Under the pieces are notes generated by a model that was not told the DNA's origin, made no database searches, and saw nothing but the letters and a program-made list of their open reading frames with translations. Positions 58,043 through 64,000 of a DNA stretch of 64,000 bases are shown here, piece by piece. Position numbers and translations under genes: made by a program. The DNA lies in the NCBI GenBank assembly GCA_963836955.1, contig CAWILO010000011.1, positions 776,715 to 840,714 of the forward strand, given 5' to 3'. Positions within the stretch are counted from its first letter, which is position 1, and every line of letters begins with the position of its first letter. This DNA is from an uncultured delta proteobacterium. Lineage in GTDB: Bacteria; Desulfobacterota; Binatia; Binatales; Binataceae.

Positions 58043-59575
58043 TTGGATTCCAAGCCTCCAGAACGCGTCGTAATTTTCGGTGCAGGCCCGGCGGGCCTCA
58101 CATCCGGCTATGAGCTGGCCAGAAAAGGGCATCGGGTTCTCCTCCTTGAGCAGGATCCGCGCTACGTGGGCGGACTCGCGCGGACGATCGAATACAAAGG
58201 CTTTCGGTTCGATATTGGAGGGCACCGCTTCTTTTCGAAGAACCCGGAGATAGAGGCACTCTGGACCGAGTTGATGGGCGAGCGGATGCGCGTTCGGCAT
58301 CGGCTTTCGCGTATCTACTACCGGGACCGGTTCTTCAAGTATCCGCTGGAGCCGTTCGACGCGTTGCGAAAGCTTGGTCCGCGCGAGGCTGCCTCCTGTC
58401 TCTTGAGCTATCTGCGGGCGCAACTACGTCGGCAGGAGCCCGTGCGAAGCTTCGAAGACTGGGTCGTGCGGGCATTTGGGCGCCGGCTGTACGAAATTTT
58501 CTTCCGAAGTTACACGGAGAAGGTTTGGGGTGTGCTATGTTCCGAGATTAGTGCGGACTGGGCCGCCCAGCGGATCAAAGGATTATCGCTGGTCTCGCTC
58601 ATGCGGAGTCTGCTACCGGGCCGACCTCGCAGGGGAGCGGTCATCAAGACCCTGGTCGACAGCTTTCGCTATCCGCCGCACGGGCCTGGAGAGGTATGGG
58701 AGAGAGTCGCCGGCCTTATCGAGGAGACGGGCAGCGAGGTGCGGATGGGCGAGCGCATCGTTCGCATTGGACGCGCTGCGGGACGCGTGACTTGCGTCAC
58801 GACCCAGAGCGACGAAAACATCCATACTCATCAAGGTGACCACTTCATATCGACGATGCCGTTGGCGCAATTGGTATCGGCGCTCGATCCGGCAGCGCCG
58901 GACGAGGTGATTGCCAGTGCACGGGCCCTGCGCTATCGGGATTTCATTGCCGTCGGTGTGATCCTTAAGCAGGCGGCAGTTTTCCCGGACAACTGGATTT
59001 ATATTCATGACCATCGCGTGCACGTGGCGCGGATCCAGAACTTCAAGAATTGGAGCGCGGAGATGGTCCCCGATCCGCGCTTCACGATGCTTGGAATGGA
59101 GTACTTCTGTTTCGAGAGTGATGCGCTGTGGTCGGCCACGGACGAACAGCTAGTCGCGATGGCGAAGGGGGAGCTTGCTAAGCTCGGGCTTGCGAGAAGC
59201 TCCGATGTGATCGACGGAATCGTGGTTCGCCAAAGCAAGGCCTATCCAATGTACGATCACGACTATAAGACCAACGTGACCCGGGTCAGGGACTTTCTGG
59301 AACTCGCGACAAGCAATCTTCAGGTGGCGGGCCGCAACGGGATGCATAAGTACGACAATCAGGATCATGCAATGCTGACCGGGTTGATGGCGGCGCGAAA
59401 CATAATGGGCAGCTCGTTCGATCTTTGGCGGGTCAATTCCGACGCCGAATATCTGGAAAGCGATGCGGACGACGAGGCTGCCGAGTACAGGACCCAGCCA
59501 ACAGCAATCGACGAAGAGCGCCAGCTGCCGGGTCTTTCGACGCTCGACCTGACTCCTTCCGCGCGCGACAGATGA
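58043..59575 (+). CDS. FAD/NAD(P)-binding oxidoreductase (amine-oxidase/protoporphyrinogen-oxidase-like fold)
   Basis: N-terminal dinucleotide-binding motif VVIFGAGPAGLTSGYELARKGHRVLLLE. Its stop lies 16 bp before the GT2 start. Confidence 0.6.
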   Translation: MDSKPPERVVIFGAGPAGLTSGYELARKGHRVLLLEQDPRYVGGLARTIEYKGFRFDIGGHRFFSKNPEIEALWTELMGERMRVRHRLSRIYYRDRFFKYPLEPFDALRKLGPREAASCLLSYLRAQLRRQEPVRSFEDWVVRAFGRRLYEIFFRSYTEKVWGVLCSEISADWAAQRIKGLSLVSLMRSLLPGRPRRGAVIKTLVDSFRYPPHGPGEVWERVAGLIEETGSEVRMGERIVRIGRAAGRVTCVTTQSDENIHTHQGDHFISTMPLAQLVSALDPAAPDEVIASARALRYRDFIAVGVILKQAAVFPDNWIYIHDHRVHVARIQNFKNWSAEMVPDPRFTMLGMEYFCFESDALWSATDEQLVAMAKGELAKLGLARSSDVIDGIVVRQSKAYPMYDHDYKTNVTRVRDFLELATSNLQVAGRNGMHKYDNQDHAMLTGLMAARNIMGSSFDLWRVNSDAEYLESDADDEAAEYRTQPTAIDEERQLPGLSTLDLTPSARDR

Positions 59576-59591
59576 AGCGCAGACAAGATAA

Positions 59592-60623
59592 GTGCTAGTG
59601 AAAGCGGAGTCGCAGATCCCGTCGCTCTCTGCGATCGTACCCGCTCGAAACGCGGAATCGACTCTCGCACAATGCCTGGACGCTCTAACTGCGCAGGCCT
59701 CAGATGATACCGAGATAATCGTCGTTGATGACGGTTCGACGGACAAAACCTTCGAAGTCGCCTCCCGCTACAATGTGCGGCTGCTCAGGCTGCCGCGGAA
59801 TATGGGACCCTCGGCGGCGCGGAACCGGGGCGCGAAGATGGCGCGTGCGCCAGTGCTGCTCTTCCTTGACGCTGACGTAGAGCTCGCTCCCGGTGCGCTT
59901 GCCCGTTCGAAAGCCTCGATGTCCCGGACTGACGTGAGTGCTATGATCGGTTCGTATGACGATGATCCGGCGGCCAAGTCCTCGATCAGCCGCTTCAAGA
60001 ATCTCTCCCACCATTACTTTCACCAGCGCTCGCGCCCTGATGCGACGACCTTCTGGGGCGCCTGCGGCTTAGTTAGGCGCGAATTATTTTTCGAGTCGGG
60101 AGGATTTGACGAACACTGCTACTGGATCGAGGACGTCGAGCTCGGCTACCGGATGACGGCTCGCGGGGTTCGGATTGTCATGGATCCAGGACTGCAAGTG
60201 AAACATTTGAAGCGATGGACTTTTGGATCGCTGGTCGCCACGGACGTCCGGGGCCGGGCAATCCCGTGGACAATTCTCTGGTTGGAGGGAAACCGCTTAC
60301 CCGTAGATCTGAACTTCTCCGCCGATCAGCGGATAGCCGCTATAGTAGCTCTTGCGATCGTGATAGTAACTTCGGTTGCAGTCCTCAGATTCCAGCTCTG
60401 GATGCTTGTCGCTACATTAGTCGCACTGGCTATCTGGCTAAATCGAGATCTCTACCGATTGCTATTCAAAAAGGGAGGATTTTGGCTTTCGGTCAAGGGC
60501 TTCTTACTGCAGCAGCTATACTACTTGTATTCCCTGTTCGGCATTGGCGCCGGCGTTGCAATCTACCTTGTGCGATCGTTCGCCCGCCGTTTGGGGGCGG
60601 CGGTCAAATGCGTTCATGATTGA
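59592..60623 (+). CDS. GT2 glycosyltransferase with C-terminal TM helices (polyprenyl-phosphate sugar synthase-like, GtrB/ArnC-type architecture). It is the intact paralogue of the frameshifted gene at 9519..10516
   Basis: SLSAIVPARNAESTL...EIIVVDDGSTDKT...LFLDADV (DxD), then 2-3 C-terminal TM helices. GTG start per the track. Confidence 0.65.
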   Translation: MLVKAESQIPSLSAIVPARNAESTLAQCLDALTAQASDDTEIIVVDDGSTDKTFEVASRYNVRLLRLPRNMGPSAARNRGAKMARAPVLLFLDADVELAPGALARSKASMSRTDVSAMIGSYDDDPAAKSSISRFKNLSHHYFHQRSRPDATTFWGACGLVRRELFFESGGFDEHCYWIEDVELGYRMTARGVRIVMDPGLQVKHLKRWTFGSLVATDVRGRAIPWTILWLEGNRLPVDLNFSADQRIAAIVALAIVIVTSVAVLRFQLWMLVATLVALAIWLNRDLYRLLFKKGGFWLSVKGFLLQQLYYLYSLFGIGAGVAIYLVRSFARRLGAAVKCVHD

Positions 60624-60815
60624 ATCGCGCGTTTGCGATGCTCACACCATCATAGCGATGGCATCCCGGTGATCCGGCCACGGGAGGCGCGGCAGCTCCC
60701 TTCGGTGCCTAAGTCTTCGGCGGTTTCGGAGTGCAGTCCCTCACCGAAAGCTGGTACCGAAAGTTAAGATTCACCCAAACGAGACCAATGCCGACGACGC
60801 TAGCGCCATCATCGG

Positions 60816-62441
60816 TCATGGGGTCGCGGGCAGGCTCGACGGTGCGCGATAGAGGAGCACGCCGCCGATGTCTGTCGGCGGTGCAACTCCCAGGGACGAT
60901 AGCAGCTTCGGCCAGAACCCTTGATGACGCTGATCCACGATTATTGCGCTCACCTGATGCGACCCTAGAAAGGCCGATAGCTGCTCCGACCCCCCCGCAA
61001 TTCGGAAATACATGTTCGTCTGGGCCAGCCAGAGCGCGCTGTTACCACGGTTACCCCAAGGTAGCACCATTACTGTCTCATCTCGCTTCAAATAGTGTTG
61101 ATAAGTCCCGGTTAAAAAGAAAGCCGGAGTCTCAACTTCCGATGTGCCAACCGATCTGAAGTAAGATACGTTTGGCCACAGGAACAGAACAATGAGTCCC
61201 CCGATTATCAGTCGTGCAACACCGGTGTGTACGGGGTTGCTCAAATATATCGCCGCCATCATGCCTGCGATCAAAAATGTGTACATACTTAAGCGTGCGG
61301 GAAGAACTTGATCAATGAGGGGCAGCCACTTACAAACCGTCCAAGGTAGCACAATTGTGGGTTTGCCAGCTACGTGTAGAACGGGACCCAGCGAACATAT
61401 ACAGACAAGCAAGAAAGCCAACGCTAGCAGCCTCGTCCCTAACCTGGACCAAAATACGATCGTAAAAACCAACAAAACTGCCAGAAGCGGAAAGCCTAGG
61501 TAACTAGTGGCTTCAGCAAAGTTGCCCCTGAAGTGAGCAGCCACGGCGGCAAATTGTTTGTGACCAAGTAGTGTCACGGGTGTTGGTAAGAAAAAGTTGA
61601 GAAGATCGGCCGAGAACTTTTGCGCAGAATTTATTTCTAAGGGTTCACCGTGTAGGAACACGTAATAGAGATGCGGGGAAAGGAGCACGGCGGCTATCAT
61701 GCAAGCATAGCAAATTGGTCTAAGCATGAGCCCGATGCGCCGCTTGCTGTCTGCGGGTAAAATCAGCAACGCCAATATAAGAGCAACCGCTCCGACAACG
61801 ATTGCGCTGGCGAAAACTTCGGTGGAGGTCAAGAACTCGAATGTTAATGCGAGCGTCAAGAGTATAACGAAGCAACGCCTGCTGATAGCTCGATCTAATG
61901 CGAGCATGACCAGCAGGACTGCGATCGGTACAGGGAACACGATAACGAGAAACAGATGGCCGATCATTTGACCTAACATGTAAGTAGAGAAACCAAAAAT
62001 ATACCCGCCCAACAGTGCGGGCCAGAATCGTTTGGTTATATAATGGCACAAACAAAATGCAGCCCAGGCGGCGGATGTTGGAGCAAGCAAGCAGAGGAAG
62101 TTGTAGGCGACCACTGGGCCCAACAGACGAGTGATTGGATAAGCGAGCAGGCTCGGACCGGGCATGCTCGTAGCCCAAGCGAGGTTGGCACCTGTCGGCG
62201 AAATGAATGGATTCAGATGATTGGCAAGAGCATGTGGCCACCATACGAGGCACCACAGAAAGATATCCGGGTCGGTACCCATCCCAACGTAAAACTGGGT
62301 TGGATGGAATAGTACGGGAACGCCGAAGAAGTAGATGGACAACGACAGATAGATTATAAAGGCCGAGGCGTTCCGAACACTTCTGGTTCCAAGTAGCCGC
62401 TCAGCCCTAAGATGAAGTCTTGCGTCTTTATTTAGTGCCAT
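60816..62441 (-). CDS. large polytopic membrane protein (541 aa, 12 or more TM helices), a possible GT-C-type glycosyltransferase
   Basis: Hydrophobicity pattern only. Its placement next to a polyprenyl-phosphate sugar synthase-like GT2 suggests a lipid-linked sugar transfer pair (inference). Confidence 0.4.
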   Translation of the reverse strand: MALNKDARLHLRAERLLGTRSVRNASAFIIYLSLSIYFFGVPVLFHPTQFYVGMGTDPDIFLWCLVWWPHALANHLNPFISPTGANLAWATSMPGPSLLAYPITRLLGPVVAYNFLCLLAPTSAAWAAFCLCHYITKRFWPALLGGYIFGFSTYMLGQMIGHLFLVIVFPVPIAVLLVMLALDRAISRRCFVILLTLALTFEFLTSTEVFASAIVVGAVALILALLILPADSKRRIGLMLRPICYACMIAAVLLSPHLYYVFLHGEPLEINSAQKFSADLLNFFLPTPVTLLGHKQFAAVAAHFRGNFAEATSYLGFPLLAVLLVFTIVFWSRLGTRLLALAFLLVCICSLGPVLHVAGKPTIVLPWTVCKWLPLIDQVLPARLSMYTFLIAGMMAAIYLSNPVHTGVARLIIGGLIVLFLWPNVSYFRSVGTSEVETPAFFLTGTYQHYLKRDETVMVLPWGNRGNSALWLAQTNMYFRIAGGSEQLSAFLGSHQVSAIIVDQRHQGFWPKLLSSLGVAPPTDIGGVLLYRAPSSLPATP

Positions 62442-62867
62442 ATTCGGCTACGCTTTCCTCGATCTGCGTATCCGATCCGCCCGTGAGGGCTTGCCAACGT
62501 TGACCAAGTCGCCATCGACACCGGTCAGCAGGCTCGTTGATGGTATTGATATCGTCTCGTAGCCGACGAAGACAACCACAAAGACTGCGGCCAGGAATTC
62601 TGTCAACCTAACCGTCAAGGTTTGGCGATTCGGGTCACCCTGACCCGAGCTTCTTGAAGGTGCGAAATTGCTAACAGGGCTCTCCGCCACGAGTTGGAAC
62701 GTATGCAGAAAGCAGACGTAAGTTCTCATCCAGCGGCTTCGAGCGTCACGCGCTCATAGACGCCGTGGACGTGGATGAATATCGAAATTGAGCCCAGAAA
62801 CGGAGACCTCTTGTCGAAAAATCTTCTTCCTTACCGCGAGGCCCTGCAGAGATTCGATGAATGAATC

Positions 62868-64000
62868 TTAAACGGCGGACGTGCCACGGACCGACAAGTT
62901 GGGCATAGAGGTTTCAGTGCTGGCGGCAGTCGCGCCAGTTTGCTGCCGCCATAGCGAGGCGTACAGGCCTTGCCGCGCCAGCAGATCTTCATGGCGGCCT
63001 TGGTCGATGATTCGGCCGCGTTCCAGGATATAGATCCGATCGGCGTAAATCACAGTGGATAGACGGTGGGCAATCAGGATTGCGATTGCCCGGCGATTCG
63101 CGGTCACGCGGCGGATGGTTTGGCTCACTTCCTCCTCGGTCAGCGAGTCGAGCGAAGAGGTGGCTTCGTCGAAAATCACAACCTCAGGTCGGCGCAGCAA
63201 CGCTCGTGCGATCGCGAGCCTCTGCTTTTCGCCCCCCGACACCTTCACGCCGCCCTCACCGATGGTAGTGTCGAGACCGCCGTTGACGCGCTTGAGCATT
63301 GGCAGGGCCGCCGCCTGCTCCAACGCCTCGAGGCATTCGGCGTCGGTCGCGTCGGGCCGAACGAAGAGCAGATTGTCGCGGACCGAACCGGAGAAGAGCT
63401 GAGTGTCCTGAGTGACGAGGCCGATGTGCTCGCGCAGGCGGTCGGGATCGATCCGGGATGAATCAATGCCATTATATTCGACGGTGCCGGAGCGGGGCGT
63501 ATAGAGGCCTACGATCAGCTTGACCAGTGTGGTCTTGCCGGAGCCAGTTGGGCCGACGAAGGCTATCGTCTCGCCGCGAGAGACTTCGAACGAAACGCCG
63601 CTAACTGCGGGAACGGTCGCACCCGGATGCTGGAAACTCGCGTCGTGGAAATTCAGGCTGTGCAGCTGGCCGATCGGAACGGGATGCTTTGGGCGAGTTT
63701 CCCGCGGCCGCTCCATGAATACCGCGAAGTTGTCGAGCGAGGCTTCCGTCTGGCGATACAGATTGAAGAGCTGTCCCAGCTCCTGCATCGGGGTGAAGAT
63801 GAAATAAGTGTAGAGGAACAGTGAGAAGAACGCACCGACTGTGATTCGCTGGGTGAACAGGAAATAAAGCAGGAGCGCCAGTATAGCGGCGCGGCTCAGA
63901 TTTGTGCAGATGCCCTGAGTGAAAGTCAGTGCGCGAATATGGCCGATCTTCTGAAGCTGAAGGTCGAGGATTTGATTGGCGCTGTAGTCGAGCCGCGCGA
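62868..64000 (-). CDS. ABC exporter (fused permease + ATPase), 3' part. The gene continues beyond the window end
   Basis: Walker A GPTGSGKTTL, signature VSGGEKQRLAIARAL, Walker B VVIFDEATSSLD, H-loop AHRL. The reading frame stays open upstream of the called Met to position 64000 (…TVGAFFSLFLYTYFIFTPMQ). Confidence 0.7.
   Translation of the reverse strand, partial: ARLDYSANQILDLQLQKIGHIRALTFTQGICTNLSRAAILALLLYFLFTQRITVGAFFSLFLYTYFIFTPMQELGQLFNLYRQTEASLDNFAVFMERPRETRPKHPVPIGQLHSLNFHDASFQHPGATVPAVSGVSFEVSRGETIAFVGPTGSGKTTLVKLIVGLYTPRSGTVEYNGIDSSRIDPDRLREHIGLVTQDTQLFSGSVRDNLLFVRPDATDAECLEALEQAAALPMLKRVNGGLDTTIGEGGVKVSGGEKQRLAIARALLRRPEVVIFDEATSSLDSLTEEEVSQTIRRVTANRRAIAILIAHRLSTVIYADRIYILERGRIIDQGRHEDLLARQGLYASLWRQQTGATAASTETSMPNLSVRGTSAV

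Noticed and set aside
1-64000. CRISPR arrays and rRNA genes
   Set aside because: No regularly spaced direct repeats of 24-48 bp with unique spacers, and no long rRNA-like conserved stretches, were seen on reading the sequence.

Overview
Genome and scope. The window is 64 kb of high-GC bacterial chromosome. An Acidobacteriota-like origin is my inference only. Supporting hints are the many polysaccharide genes, a DUF3494 ice-binding-like protein, and FecR and CarbopepD_reg-like secreted proteins. All calls rest on my own reading of the translated ORFs, motifs and repeats. No database search was possible.

Layout, left to right:
- 0.5-9.1 kb: LPS-core/cell-wall-like genes. A 1576-aa protein is an internal tandem duplication of a [GT9 heptosyltransferase-like + HEAT repeat] module. 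Next come a frameshifted GT25 glycosyltransferase, a secreted S1 serine protease, and a frameshifted mtgA peptidoglycan glycosyltransferase.
- 9.5-18.5 kb: a GT2 glycosyltransferase broken at a C5-T8 homopolymer, an XRE regulator, a mazEF toxin-antitoxin pair, an ice-binding-like secreted protein, and a frameshifted choloylglycine-hydrolase gene.
- 19.1-26.3 kb, minus strand (the most interesting part): a lasso-peptide-type RiPP cluster of the HPr-kinase-associated kind. It has a PqqD/B1 gene, an asparagine-synthetase-like cyclase C, an HPr-kinase-related kinase, an in-frame chimeric B2-N-terminus::kinase-C-terminus gene, a B2 transglutaminase-like protease, a nucleotidyltransferase, and a 3'-truncated ABC exporter remnant. 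I could not identify a convincing precursor gene.
- 26.3-45.7 kb, minus strand, directly upstream and co-oriented: an intact ~19 kb Wzx/Wzy-type polysaccharide locus. It encodes Wza-like OPX, a PCP/BY-kinase, two Wzy/O-antigen-ligase-like proteins (one fused to TPR), a Wzx flippase, GT2/GT4/GT26 transferases, a WecA/MraY-like initiating transferase, and a GDP-mannose 3,5-epimerase homologue. The epimerase implies an L-galactose or L-gulose containing polymer.
- 45.7-53.9 kb: gene-poor and AT-richer. It holds two excisionase-family HTH genes, a FecR-like gene, and a tRNA-like sequence. This may be a degraded integrative element.
- 53.9-64 kb: an orphan second nucleotidyltransferase paralogue, a small basic repeat protein, an IS630-family insertion sequence, then an FAD-oxidoreductase + GT2 + large polytopic membrane protein module, and a partial ABC exporter at the window edge.

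Caveat on coordinates: features I derived by hand (repeats, TIRs, tRNA) may be off by a few bases.
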